Origin: an uncultured Phycisphaerales bacterium
GTDB lineage: Bacteria; Planctomycetota; Phycisphaerae; Tepidisphaerales; Tepidisphaeraceae
Assembly (NCBI GenBank): GCA_963755915.1
Contig: CAVWLP010000002.1
Location: 576,001 to 640,000, forward strand
DNA: 64,000 nt
Direction of reading: 5' to 3'
Positions 19,380 through 31,044 of the stretch are shown piece after piece (position 1 is the stretch's first letter; the number at the start of each line of letters is the position of its first letter). Both the position numbers and the translations under genes were made by a program. Under the pieces are notes generated by a model. The model did no database searches. It was not told the DNA's origin and saw nothing but the letters and a program-made list of their open reading frames with translations.

Positions 19380-19745
19380 TCATTCCCAAGGATGGGGCGT
19401 GCGCACCACCGGGTAGCGAACGACCTTTGAGAAACATTCGGCGATGGCCCGCCAATGGTCTCCACGCTGCGCAATCCGCAGCCACGTGAATTGCCAGAGG
19501 GCGACTTGAACTGCCACGATGAAGCTCGCTCCGACGGGAATCCAGAAGTAGATCGGGCGGTCGTGCAAGAGGAGTTCGGCGAACGCGATGGCCCAAAGCG
19601 CGACCACGCCAACGACTTCGGCGATGCAGAACAGCACCACGACCAGACGTGCCAGTTGCAGCACGCCAAGCCAGAGCAGGAATTCCAAGCTGTCACCAAT
19701 CCACCGCAACATCGCTCCGTCCTTCTCCTTTGCAGAGCCTTTCAT
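19380..19745 (-). CDS. Small membrane hypothetical protein
   Basis: Two to three hydrophobic segments. Confidence 0.45.
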   Translation of the reverse strand: MKGSAKEKDGAMLRWIGDSLEFLLWLGVLQLARLVVVLFCIAEVVGVVALWAIAFAELLLHDRPIYFWIPVGASFIVAVQVALWQFTWLRIAQRGDHWRAIAECFSKVVRYPVVRTPHPWE

Positions 19746-19990
19746 CCGTCAGAGCTTCGCTCTTTCAGATGATGAACTACGCATCATTATATCGTTTGTC
19801 GTTCTCATCTTCTCGCAATCTCTTTGATCCTCGACACTTTTTCTCAAATGCCTTTGAGTCCAGCCGGACAGTTTCCTGTCTGGCTGAACTCAAATCTGTC
19901 TGGCCCAACTTGACGTTCGGTATCTGTTTGGTATAATCGGTATAGTGCAATCGAATGGTTTGCATCATAATTTTGGGATTAAGAAGGGAA

Positions 19991-20004
19991 GGCAAGATAA
20001 AAGC
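19991..20004 (-). other. Candidate oriT nick region (MOB-P type)
   Basis: Minus strand gcttttatcttgcc, one mismatch from IncP YATCCTG^Y, about 125 bp upstream of the relaxase. Confidence 0.55.
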
Positions 20005-20127
20005 GTTAGCCGCTATGTGTGAGTATTCGCAGAGAGCATCAGGACTTACGGAGCGGCCATGGGCAAGTTACCGCCGCTCCAAAGCGGCGATGAGTTTTGT
20101 GGCAATCGTTGCAGTATTGGAGGCATT

Positions 20128-22143
20128 ATGAGTCGGCGTTCAGAACGCAATTCAGCCGGAAAGGTTGAGCCGGATCGCGTCGGCAAGATGCACGCCAGGC
20201 GGCGGGAGCTCAGCGTTCGCGCGCAGCTTGCACGGCGGCTGCGGGGGTTCCGGGGCCGCACCGGGCGCGTTGGCTCGCGGCCTTCCTGGTCAGGCGGCCG
20301 CCGGCTGCAGCGCGTCATCGTCAAGACGCACGTGGCCCGCCACAAGCCAGGCAAGGCGCGGGGCAGCCTGATGCGCCATGCGAGCTACCTGGGCCGAGAC
20401 AGCGCCAGCGCCGACGGCAAGCCCGGCGTCTTTTACGACGCTTCTCGCAGCGATGTAAATGGCAAGGAGGAGGTGGCGGTGTGGGGGCCGGACCGGCACC
20501 ACTTCCGCATCATCATCTCTCCCGAGCGCGGCGCGGACATCCCGGATATGACCGCCTATGTGCGCGAGGTGATGGCACGGGTGGAGAAGGATTTGGCTGT
20601 CAGCCGGCGCCATCGAGGCCAGGCACAAAGCTCCAGTGGATCGCGCATCAACCACCACAACACGGACAATCCCGCATGCGCATGTCGTGCTTCGCGGCAA
20701 GCTCGACGATGGCCGGGACCTGGTGATTCCGCGCACCTATCTGGCGCACGGAATGCGCGGACGAGCCTCGGAAGTGGCCACGGAACTGCTCGGCGAGCGC
20801 ACGGTCGAACAGGCCCAGGAAGCGCGCTTGAAGGAGGTTGAAGCCGAGCGATTCACGTCGCTGGACCGGATGATTGAGCGACATTTGGAGCAAGGGGAAG
20901 GATCGACCTGTCACCCGCCAAGCCGATTGGGTTTGGCGCGGATGATCGGCAATTGGCGCTGGGCCGGCTGCAATTCCTGGAAGGGATCGGGCTGGCGCAG
21001 AAGGACAAGGGAACATGGTGGTCGGTGGACGAGACGTTCGGCCAGTCCTTGCGCGAACTCGGCGCGCGCAACGACATCATCAAGCAGCTTTACAGCCAGC
21101 TCGGGAACGAGGCGGGACGCGTGCAGCGCATGACCGGCGGAGCGGAAGTCTCCGAGCCGGTGGCGGGGATCGTCATTGCCAAGGACAGTGCGGATGAGCT
21201 GGAAGATGATCGGTTCATCGTGCGTCCGGGACGGCGCCGGACAGGCGCACTATGGGCGGGTCCGGGATACGCCAAGCTATCGGGATTTGCACGTCGGATC
21301 GGTTGCCGAACTGGGCGCGGGAACGCAGTGACGCCAGCAAGTGGCCGAGCAGATCGAGGCCGTCGCCGCAGCCAAGGCGCATCTATTCGGCGCAGGCCCA
21401 TGACGGCATATCTGCGCCAGTCCAACCCGGACTCAACCGAACGGGAGATCGCATCGGGCGGTTCGGTCCGCGGACTCCCGGCTGGCATTCGTCGCCGGGT
21501 TCGATGGATCGGGCGTGCGCGCGTTGGAAACCGGGGAGTACGCCATCGACGCCGACTCATTCACGCGGTTCAGCCAGCGCGGAAGCTCGCGCACGGACGT
21601 TCGGGTGATCGCCGAGCACACCTTGAACGGCAAATTGAAGCGCACGCGGTGACATGGCTGGACCGCCAGGCGTTCGGCAATCGGCCCGATGCTCGGACGG
21701 CGGACCATCCGGCGGTGCAGGAAGCCATCGAACAGCGGCAGGAGTGGCTGGTGCGCAACGGTTACGCCCAGCGCCGGGCAGCGACGCGGGCGCAGTTGAA
21801 TTGCATCCCGATGCACTTCAGCAACTCGCGGCTGAGGAACGGGCAGACGTGGCCGGAAGGCTGGCAGGCAAGTACGGTCTGCCGGTGGTGGAACTGCCCC
21901 AGGGCGGCACGGTCTCCGGCGAATACGGCGGCACCGAGCATCTCCATTCCGGCAAGCTGGCGGTGGTCGTCACGGAAGAAGGCGTATTCGTTTCGCCTGT
22001 TTCAAGGACGCCCGAATGTGGATGCTGGCAGTCCGGTTGAACTGCAACGCACGTCAGCCAACGACACCACCATCGAATTGTCGTCCGGCCAATCTATGGG
22101 TCTGGACATGGGTCTTTCGCTGGATGGCCCGGGAGGTGATTGA
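20128..22143 (+). CDS. VirD2-like relaxase with DUF3363-type C-terminus (multiple frameshifts)
   Basis: QRVIVK, RHASYLGRD, DRHHFRIIISPERG, HHNTDNPHAHVVLRG (split), ERFTSLDR, TWLDRQ. Confidence 0.88.
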
Positions 22144-24001
22144 TGACCGCTCGAAACATCATCCTCGCGTATTTGATCGTGCTGTTGGGTGGCCTCATCT
22201 TTGCCACACAATGGGTCGCCTATCGGCTGAATTATCATCCGGCCTTGGGCGGATTGCACGTGGCGCGCACGTGATCTATCCGCCGTGGGCCATCTTTACC
22301 TGGGCCCGCGACTTCGGGCCGGACATCCCGCACACTCTCAACGAGGGGTATTCGTTCATCGGCGGCACCTTCATTCTGGCTACTATATTACTGGTGGCAG
22401 GACGCCGGTTTCGCCGCCACATCCCCATCCGCGAGCTCGGCAAGGACCGATGGGCCAGCCAGCGAGACATGAAACGCGCCGGCCTAATGACCGGAAACGG
22501 GACCGTGTTGGGATGTGCGCACAACCGCTATCTCACCTATGACGGGCCGGAGCACCAGCTTGTCTCCGGGGCAAGCCGATCCGGCAAGGGCGTCGGTCAC
22601 GTCATTCCCACACTCTTGAACTGGAACGGAAGCGTACTGGCGTATGACGTGAAGAACGAGTTGTGGGATGTCACCGCGGGCCTGCGCTCCCGGCTCGGTT
22701 ACTGCGCAGTTCTTCAATCCGACGAGGGCTAACAGCGCTCGATTCAACCCCCTATTTGAAATCCGCAAAGGGGATAACGAGATTCGGGATACGCAGAACA
22801 TCGTGGAAATGCTGGTCAATCCCACCGGCGCCAAGCACACGATGGATATTTGGGACCAGCAGGCGAGCCAGTTCCTCGTGGCGCTGATCCTGCACGTGCT
22901 CTATACCGAGCCAGACCACACAAGAATCTGGCGACGGTCCGATCGCGTCTGTTAGATTTTAAGAATACTGCCAAAACGATGATCCGCACTCCGCACCGCT
23001 TCAACCCGCAGACCGGCGCTGCCGAGGTCCATCCCGAAGTCGCCTTGGTGGCCGGAGAGCTGCGCCGCCAGCCTGAAAAGTTCCAAGCCAGCGTGTGCGG
23101 CACGGCAGGCGCATACTTGACGCTGTGGGCGGACAACCTCATCGCCCGCAACACCGCGACCAGCGACTTTCGGCTCAGTGATTTGGTCTGCGCGGATCGC
23201 CCCATGACGCTCTATCTCCAGCCGCCGCCGTCGGACGCCCCGCGATTACGCCCGCTGGTGCGGTTGATGATTAACCAGACGTGTCGGGCGCTGATGGAGC
23301 ATTTGGATCGAGACAGCGCAGGGCGACCGAAGCAGCGCCGGCTCCTTCTGTCGCTGGATGAGTTCCCGACCTTGGGACGCCTGGACTTTTTCACCATGAA
23401 TTTGCGTCAGATGGCCGGCTACGGAATTAAGGCACACCTGATCGTGCAGTCGTTCAACGACATCATCGAGCAGTACGGCGTCAACAACACGATCATGGAC
23501 AACTGCCACATCCTGACTGCTTTCGCCGCGGCTGATACCGTCACCTGTCAGCGCATCAGCCAGATGACGGGCACGGTGACCGAATACCGCGAGAGCTATT
23601 CCCATCCCGCCAGGGGCCTTGGGGCCAGGACCATCAGCCAAAGCGAACAGGTCAGGCCGCTCCTGTCGCCGGGAGACGTGCGGGAATTGCCGGTGGACGA
23701 TCAGCTTATCTTCGTCACCGGCTTTAAGCCGATGCGTACCAAGAAGGCGCGCTACTACACCGACGCCGCATTCATGAAACGGGTTCTGCCGCCGCCGGAT
23801 CAATCGCAGCACATCAATCTGTCCGGCCAAGCGCACATCGAGTGGCTGCGCGAGCGGGCCAAGATGCCGGAGTTGCCGTTGCCACAAGAACAAGATGGCA
23901 GTGGCGACAATCTGCCTTTTGGGCAATCCCGAACTGAGAACATGGACGAAGACAGCGCCGACAACGAAATCTGGCCGGACGGCCACACGACCGACGTGTG
24001 A
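22143..24001 (+). CDS. traG: Type IV coupling protein TraG/VirD4 (frameshifted)
   Basis: GASRSGKGVGHVIPTLL, FNPLFEIRKG, LSLDEFPTLGRL, MAGYGIK. Confidence 0.92.
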
Positions 24002-24038
24002 AATGATCGACAGGGCAAGAACTTTGTGATGCGCATCT

Positions 24039-24539
24039 ATGTCTATGGCAGAGAATAAGATCAAGTTCACCGTCTGGCTCTCACCCGAAATCCTTCGGGC
24101 CGCTAAGACGCGTGCCACGCTGGAAGGGACTACCGCCTCGGAAGTGCTAGCCGCTGCGGGCAGGACGGTGCTGATCAATTCCGATCAGGAGCATACCGAT
24201 GCGAAGGTCTTGGCGGCGGTGGAGCGCGTGTTCGCGTTGATCCAGCGGATTGACCGGCGGCGATCTTTTGACCAGCAAGTCCTCAAGGAAATGGTGGGGT
24301 TGATGGTGCAGTCGTTTTTCAACCATACGCCAGGCATCCCGGAAAAGGACAAGAAGGCCGCGCTACACAGCGGCAAGGTGCGATTCAACCGCTTTCTTGA
24401 CACGCTGGCGGCCAACCTGCGCGCTGGCCAGTCGATTATGAATGATTTGCCCGTTCCGATTGAGCCAGCAACGCCAGAAATGGCAATGCCGACACCGGAT
24501 TCAACTATGCGCGGCTGCTCCCAGTCCCGGACCGCTTGA
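24039..24539 (+). CDS. CopG/RHH-like protein between traG and trbB
   Basis: KIKFTVWLSPEIL strand-helix-helix N-terminus; conserved position in this ICE type. Confidence 0.7.
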   Translation: MSMAENKIKFTVWLSPEILRAAKTRATLEGTTASEVLAAAGRTVLINSDQEHTDAKVLAAVERVFALIQRIDRRRSFDQQVLKEMVGLMVQSFFNHTPGIPEKDKKAALHSGKVRFNRFLDTLAANLRAGQSIMNDLPVPIEPATPEMAMPTPDSTMRGCSQSRTA

Positions 24540-24689
24540 AACTCCAGAAGCCGAGCCGCCGCCGACAGCCGCCGACCACAATGCGCCCCATGATGAACGA
24601 AAGCGATCAACCGAAACGCGGCAAGAAAAGCCCGCGGCAACCGGCACACGCTCACGATGGAAATTATTCGGATGAGAAGGAATATTAAC

Positions 24690-25679
24690 ATGACCAGCCA
24701 CACAAACGAATCGAAAAACCCGGCAACGTCCGTCCGCCTGCGCCAGACCGAAAGCCTCTATCACGCCTTGGGGCCATTGGTATCGGATGCTCTTGCCCGC
24801 CCGGACGTGGTGGAGGTCATGGCCAATCCCGACGGGAGCCTATGGGTGGATCGCGCCGGAGTCGGGCGCGAAAAGGTGGGCCACATCGAACAGTCCGCTG
24901 CCGAGACGACGATCCGGCTGCTGGCAAGTCACATGGGGGAGACCGTCACGCCCGATCGGCCGGCGGTCGCCGGCGTGTTGCCGAGAAGCGGCGAGCGATT
25001 TCAAGGTCTTCTGCCACCGCTGGCGGAACGGCCCGTCTTTACAATCCGCAAACGCGCTTCAGTTGTATTCACGCTCGGCGAATACGTGGCCAAGGGAATT
25101 TTGTCGGCGGCCGGCGCCGAGATCATTCGCGGTGCCGTCGTAGATCGAAAAAATATCCTCGTCGCCGGCGGCACCGGATCGGGCAAGACCACGCTGGTCA
25201 ACGCGATTCTGGCGGAACCGGCATTTAAGAGCGATCGCATCGTTCTGATTGAGGACACCAAAGAGCTTCAATGTCCAGCCGAGGACAAAGTGGAATTGCT
25301 GACCAAAAATACCGAGCCGCGGGTCACGATGACCGACCTGCTCCGCATGACCCTGCGCCTCAGGCCGGATCGGATCATCATCGGCGAGGTCCGAGGTCCT
25401 GAAGCGCTGGCGATGCTCAAAGCGTGGAATACGGGCCACCCCGGAGGTCTCGCCACGATTCACGCAAATTCGGCCGCCGATGCCCTGCGGCGCATTGAGG
25501 ACCTGGTGGGCGAGGCATCGCAGGTAATTCCCAAGCGTTCTATCGCATCCGCCGTAAATCTCCTGGTGTTCATCGAGCGTACCAGCGCCCAGCCCTGCCG
25601 AACAGTCCGCAACATTGTCGAAGTCCACGGATTTGATGGCAGTGACTACGTACTCCGCGAAGCCAAATCCGAGGGCTGA
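24690..25679 (+). CDS. trbB: P-type conjugative transfer ATPase TrbB (VirB11)
   Basis: [35 protein letters not shown]. Confidence 0.95.
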   Translation: MTSHTNESKNPATSVRLRQTESLYHALGPLVSDALARPDVVEVMANPDGSLWVDRAGVGREKVGHIEQSAAETTIRLLASHMGETVTPDRPAVAGVLPRSGERFQGLLPPLAERPVFTIRKRASVVFTLGEYVAKGILSAAGAEIIRGAVVDRKNILVAGGTGSGKTTLVNAILAEPAFKSDRIVLIEDTKELQCPAEDKVELLTKNTEPRVTMTDLLRMTLRLRPDRIIIGEVRGPEALAMLKAWNTGHPGGLATIHANSAADALRRIEDLVGEASQVIPKRSIASAVNLLVFIERTSAQPCRTVRNIVEVHGFDGSDYVLREAKSEG

Positions 25680-25812
25680 GGAGATATTGGTGTCTTATCG
25701 TTGACTGCGGGATTCGGCGATCTTTCGATTATCCGCGTGTTGCGGATACACTCTGAAATTGCGCGATAGGAACTCGAATCGATTCGAATTTTGCTCGCCA
25801 TTGGACTCAAAG

Positions 25813-26977
25813 ATGAGCAAACTGCCAGCCAAGTTTCTGCGCGACTATGTGAACCTGCTCGGCCAGGTGAAGGATCGCATCCGCCAGTGCGCAAACCTGC
25901 GCCGTACTCTCGGCCAACGCGGAGATGATTCACCTGTATTGGGATGTCGGCCGCCTGCTCGCTCAACAACAGACCGCCCAAGGCTGGGGTGCGGGTGTTA
26001 TACGACGCCTTGCGACCGACTTGCGCAACGAACTGCCCGAGGTCAAGGGATTTTCAGAACGGAATCTGAAACTGATGACGCAATTCCACCGCGAATACCC
26101 GCTGTTTTCTGAAATTGGGCAACAGCCTGTTGCCCAATTGCTTGTTGGGAAAGTTTCCGAAAGAACTTCACGCGTCGGCGATACGGACATTCAATTGGTG
26201 CAACGGCTTGTTGCCCAATTGCCTTGGGGTCACAACGTCGTGCTCATGCAGAAGGTCAAATCGCCCGCTACGCGCCTCTGGTACATCCAGCAGACGCTCC
26301 AGAATGGCTGGAGCCGCAGCGTGCTTCATCTGATGATCGAGAGCGAGTACCACCGACGACGAGGCAAAGCGATCACCAACTTTCCCGATCGACTCCCACC
26401 GGCTCAATCCGACCTTGCCACGCAAACGCTCAAAGATCCGTACATCTTCGATTTCCTCACGCTCGAAAAACCATTCCATGAGCGCGAGTTGGAGACCGAG
26501 CTGTTGAAGCATCTTCAAAAGTTCCTCATCGAGCTGGGCCAGGGTTTCGCGTTTGTCGGCAGGCAATATCATGTTGCGGTGGGCGAGGACGATTTCTACA
26601 TCGACTTGCTTTTCTACCATCTCAGGCTGCGCCGTTTCGTCGTGATCGAACTCAAGACCGGCCAGTTCAAGGCCGAACATGCCGGAAAGATGAATTTCTA
26701 CCTCAATGTCGTTGATGATCGGCTTCGGCACACGACCGACCAGCCCTCAATCGGATTGATTCTCTGTCAGTATCGCAACCGCGTTGTCGCCGAGTATGCA
26801 TTGCATGGCATCAAGAAGCCCATTGGTATCTCGCAGTATGAGATTACCCGCGCCTTGCCGAAAGAGTTGCGATCAAGCCTACCGTCAATTGAAGATATCG
26901 AAGCCGAACTAACATCCCCAGCCCCCAGGCAAACTCCAACACAATCGCAAAATAAAAGGAAGCGGGCCAAGCGATGA
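25813..26977 (+). CDS. YhcG/DUF1016 PD-(D/E)XK nuclease-domain protein (frameshift near 25890)
   Basis: LYWDVG, GFSERNL, KDPYIFDFL, ELGQGFAFVGRQ, IDLLFYH, VIELK. Confidence 0.92.
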
Positions 26978-27007
26978 ACAATGCTTGAGCTGAACGCGGT
27001 GCGATGG

Positions 27008-27301
27008 CTAACCCGCGGTCGCCTCCGCGGTTCGCTGCCTCGAAATCCATGTATGCGCCTCATCCGCAGCTTTTGCGAGAAGCAAAAGGTCATCATGGCC
27101 AAAGCTGCCGCTCTCTTTCCAATTGTTCTCGCCGTCCTTGTATGAGCGACTGAATGTGACGCAATAGAGCGGCCGGCTCGCGTTGCCATTGTCCACCATG
27201 TTGCGCCAGATCGCCGCGCGAACGGCGCCATAACGGATGGTGTGGACGGGACGGTTTGCGGTCTTTTCGGTTTTGGTCACATTGCTGGTTGACTGTGCCA
27301 T
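27008..27301 (-). CDS. Small conserved hypothetical protein
   Basis: GGAGGT RBS; VRAAIWRN...VTFSRSYKD..W motif. Confidence 0.75.
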   Translation of the reverse strand: MAQSTSNVTKTEKTANRPVHTIRYGAVRAAIWRNMVDNGNASRPLYCVTFSRSYKDGENNWKESGSFGHDDLLLLAKAADEAHTWISRQRTAEATAG

Positions 27302-27331
27302 ATAGCACCTCCGATGAAAGTGAGTGCGTTC

Positions 27332-27625
27332 TTAGCTCATTGCGGCAGCGAGAGAATCAAGCTCCTCCGCCGTTCCGCACACGATGTGTTCGGAGACTGG
27401 AACGAACTCGGCCACGCCGAATTGTTTAAGGAATCCGATCCGCGGCTCACGCGATAGTCCCCGCTCAGTGGCGATCCGCACGGCTTCGTCGTAGGTCGGT
27501 AACGCCGGCGCGATAGCGTCGTGCGGCCGGATATCCGCCAGGTCCGTAAGGATTGTGACCACTTGAATCGTGGTCGGTGAAGATTGCCGCTTGATTACGG
27601 CAAAGGTTACGGTGGCGGCGATCAT
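27332..27625 (-). CDS. Hypothetical protein
   Basis: Translationally coupled to the DUF2274 gene. Confidence 0.6.
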   Translation of the reverse strand: MIAATVTFAVIKRQSSPTTIQVVTILTDLADIRPHDAIAPALPTYDEAVRIATERGLSREPRIGFLKQFGVAEFVPVSEHIVCGTAEELDSLAAAMS

Positions 27626-27930
27626 GGTTCTTCCTTTGGCGATGGCAATGGCGCCGGCATCGCTGCGGAGGACTGCCGAGAAGTCCGCGACCGTGGCTTG
27701 AGGCCATATTTGGCGACCTGGAACTCGCGGTCGCCGTCCATGAACCGGCGGGCCATTTCGCGGAGCAGATCGGCCTCGGACACATCGGCGCCATACGCCT
27801 GTCTGTAAAATGTCTTGTAGCGTTCCAAGTCCTGTGCCAGTTCATGACCGAGTTCGATCGTCAGCTTCCGAGTGGTGGTCAAATGGAATGCGGGGAGTGC
27901 GATTTCAGGCATGAGTGTCTCCGTCAACAT
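27622..27930 (-). CDS. DUF2274 family protein
   Basis: KLTIEL..L..DL.RY...YRQAYG....ADL...M..RFMDGDREF; directly after trbI. Confidence 0.8.
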   Translation of the reverse strand: MLTETLMPEIALPAFHLTTTRKLTIELGHELAQDLERYKTFYRQAYGADVSEADLLREMARRFMDGDREFQVAKYGLKPRSRTSRQSSAAMPAPLPSPKEEP

Positions 27931-29230
27931 CAGGGAACATAGGGTTCCAAGATCATGTCCTTGTTCACGAGGACGCGCAGGGGCCAGCCCGGACGAATCG
28001 TGATCGTCGGCTGCACGTCGAGCTCGCGGTCGATGATTTTCTCGCCGATCCGGTTGGCTTGCTGAGCCACCGAGTCGCCAATCACGTCCTGGCCATTCGT
28101 GGTTGAGCTTTGAGGATTCCGCGAAGGTTTCCGGCGTAGGCGATGGCGGTTGTTAACGCGGTCGATTCCGCTAATTTGTCCAGGTGATAGTCCACCTGAT
28201 CCTCCAAGCCGGCTTGACCTGATTCGTCCGCGCCGGGCATTCCGTCCAAAACAATCGTGTTTCCGTTGGGATAGATGAGCCGCTGCCAAACGACCAGTGC
28301 CCGGTTCTGGCCGTTTGTGACGAGACTCTGGTATTTACCAAGAAGCTTTGATCCTTGAGGGATCAGCAGATAATCGCCGGTGACGGTATCGTAGACGTTC
28401 TCCGTCACTTGGCCGATCACTTCACCAGGCAAGTCCGTGTTGATGCCTGTCACCAGAGCGCCTGGAATGACGCTTCCCGCTTTCAACTCATATTTTGAGA
28501 TCGGATCGAGCAGTGGCTTGGACAGGTAAGGCTCAATTGCTGCGCCCTGAGTCAAAAATGCCTCTTTGTCGGCCTGATGGTTCTGAATCGTTCCACTCGA
28601 TTCGCGCTGCCAGATCCACCAGCATTTAGATCTCCAATCTCATCGCCCACCATTGCCGCGCGGCGAGCATCCGAACCAACCATCGCCAGTGTCGGCATCG
28701 TCGTCGGACCCGCCGTGGTTGCCGTGGATGGCGCCGCGGATTTCGCACCGCCGAACAGAAGGGGCGAGTCCAGAGCCGCTTGCTCTTCCTTCAGTTGCTG
28801 TTCAAGCAGCTTTCGGCGCTGTTCGGCGAGCTCGCGCAGCGCCTGGGCAAAGGCTTGCTCCTGGGGCGTAGGTTCCGCCGGCCGAGTCACCGCCGTTTGG
28901 CCGGTCAAGGCTTCGTAACTGATCCCCTGGCCAGCGTGATTCACGTCGAACGTATAGTCTTTCGGCAAGTCTTTGACGGATTCGATTGGACCCGAGGGAC
29001 GGATCGCGATGTCATCGACAGGTCCATCCTTGCGGGGACCACCGCGGTCCCCAAAACTGAGCATCAGGACCACGAGCCCAAATGCATGCGCCGAAGACGC
29101 CCGCGAGCAACACCGCGCGGCGACTGACTCGCGTCACTGCCGGCGGAATGCCATGAATATCCAGCCGGGGCGGATCGCTATCCGGCGACTGAGGCGCCTG
29201 TCCTATTCCAGAAGTATTAGTGGGATTCAT
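27930..29230 (-). CDS. trbI: TrbI (VirB10), frameshifted
   Basis: YELKAGSVIPGALVTGINTDLPG, LLIPQGSKLLG, QPTITIRPGWP. Confidence 0.92.
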
Positions 29231-29243
29231 TGCAAGTCTCCTA

Positions 29244-30248
29244 TCATTCCTGAGTCTCGCCACGCGCAATCGCCACAATGGTCTGTGGGGACCGGCCCAG
29301 GCGCAATTCCGCCTTGTCGAATAGGCGGTCCACGATGTACCAATCACCTTTGACTCGGTAGTTCACGAGTTGTGCATCACCGTCTCTGCCCATGACGAAC
29401 AGCGGCGGCGCTTCCGTGGCCGCCACTTTCGGCGGGAATTGGATATAGGTCTTATTGCCGTCATCAAACGCGCGCAAGGGGCACCATGGCGGCGTTGGGG
29501 TGTGCTTCTGCTTCAGTATCCAGTAATTGAAGTTTGCCTTGGATAGGTTCAACCCCGTGGCCGCGTTTGCTTGCGAGACCGCTTGCCGCTCGGCCACCTG
29601 ATTGCGGATCATCACCACATCGCCGAACGGATAATTCCAGGCGATCATGGTGTGGTAGGTGCCCGAATCAACACTGGTCAGGTCGAGCGTATACATGCGC
29701 TGGTCGGTGGTAAGGAGCAGATTTGTTTGCAGCCCCGCCTTACGCGGCTTGACCAAGAGCAGCGTCTGTGATGTCTCCCCCGAACCGGATTGCACGCTGT
29801 CGACGATCCACCGCACCGTATCACCAGCCGCGGCGGTGAGGAGCTTTTCACCGGGACGCAGAGCGATTGTTGTGACGTAGCCGGGGGAAGTAACGGCCGT
29901 GTAAACGACACCAGGCGCATAGTCGTAATACTGGATGGCATTCAGAAAGCCGTCCGCCGTGGGTTGAACGGTCGCTCCCGATTTAGCTGCCGCTACCGCC
30001 GCCAAGCCGGAGATAGGCTGCTTGCTTGTGCTGCATGCAGCGATGGACCTGAGCTGCGGAGTTGGCACCGGCACCTTGATCTCGACGACCTTCGGCGCCG
30101 CACCGTCAGAATCATCCGGCAACAGCGCCGCCGGTTTTAGCCGCAGGTCCGGCATAACCGGCACCGTCGGTGATTCGCATGAATCGCAACCGGCAAGCGC
30201 CAGAAAGGATATTGAAACGTATAACAACAGTGGTCCTCGGTAACTCAT
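29244..30248 (-). CDS. trbG: TrbG (VirB9)
   Basis: Lipobox LAGC, AAGDTVRWI, RAFDDGNKTYIQF, EAPPLFV, LVNYRV. Confidence 0.93.
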   Translation of the reverse strand: MSYRGPLLLYVSISFLALAGCDSCESPTVPVMPDLRLKPAALLPDDSDGAAPKVVEIKVPVPTPQLRSIAACSTSKQPISGLAAVAAAKSGATVQPTADGFLNAIQYYDYAPGVVYTAVTSPGYVTTIALRPGEKLLTAAAGDTVRWIVDSVQSGSGETSQTLLLVKPRKAGLQTNLLLTTDQRMYTLDLTSVDSGTYHTMIAWNYPFGDVVMIRNQVAERQAVSQANAATGLNLSKANFNYWILKQKHTPTPPWCPLRAFDDGNKTYIQFPPKVAATEAPPLFVMGRDGDAQLVNYRVKGDWYIVDRLFDKAELRLGRSPQTIVAIARGETQE

Positions 30249-31033
30249 GGCCTTTCTCCATTGTCAGAGTCGTTGGGATCGGAAGCTCCGGTATTGGGGG
30301 CAACGCGCAGACTGTCGTCCCGCACCACCGCTCCCGAAAACTCCCTGCTCCATGTAAAATTCGTGATATAGACGCCGATGGGGTTCTTGAATGTGTCGGA
30401 CTCATCGCGCGGGGGCATCAGCTTCACCTGGAATAGCCCCGTGTATTCCTCGCGCGATCGGCGGATGCCGCTGGAATAGGTCGTCTCCACCCAGCGCACC
30501 TGATACGAGTCGTTGGATTTCTGGAGGATGCTGCTGATTTCCACGGTCCGGGCGACGGCCCCTTCACCGGGGAGGTTCTTGAAGCCACTGTCACTGGCAG
30601 CGTACTCGTTCATCGCCATGACCGCGTGGCCAGCGAGGAATTGGTATGCCTTGGTCCACGCCTGACGTTTCACCACGGGGTCCAAAGGACGTTCCCGAAC
30701 GAGGCGCACGACTTCACCAATGAAGTAGCCGACCTGCGCGGCCTCCGGCCGATACGGCTCGCTCGCCAGTGTGATCCGTCCGGGCATTCCGGCCTTGTCA
30801 ACCTCCACGACGTAAGTGGCCACTTGTTTTTTGACGCCCAGAACCACGGCACCGGTGGTGGAGATCAGGGCGAGAACCATCGCGCCAAAGGCGATGTACG
30901 CCAGTTGCGAGCCTGCACTCGGGCCGAGCCGATCCGCTCATCCCATGCCGCCGCCGCGCAGCTCGTATGGATTTTGGCTGTCCGCCGACGAGGCATTCCT
31001 GCCATAGCTCGTTGAGAAAGTGGGGAAGTTCAT
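30245..31033 (-). CDS. trbF: TrbF (VirB8-like), N-terminal frameshift
   Basis: YVVEVD, DPVV, SYQVRWVE, KNPIGVYI. Confidence 0.9.
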
Positions 31034-31044
31034 GTCAATTACCC

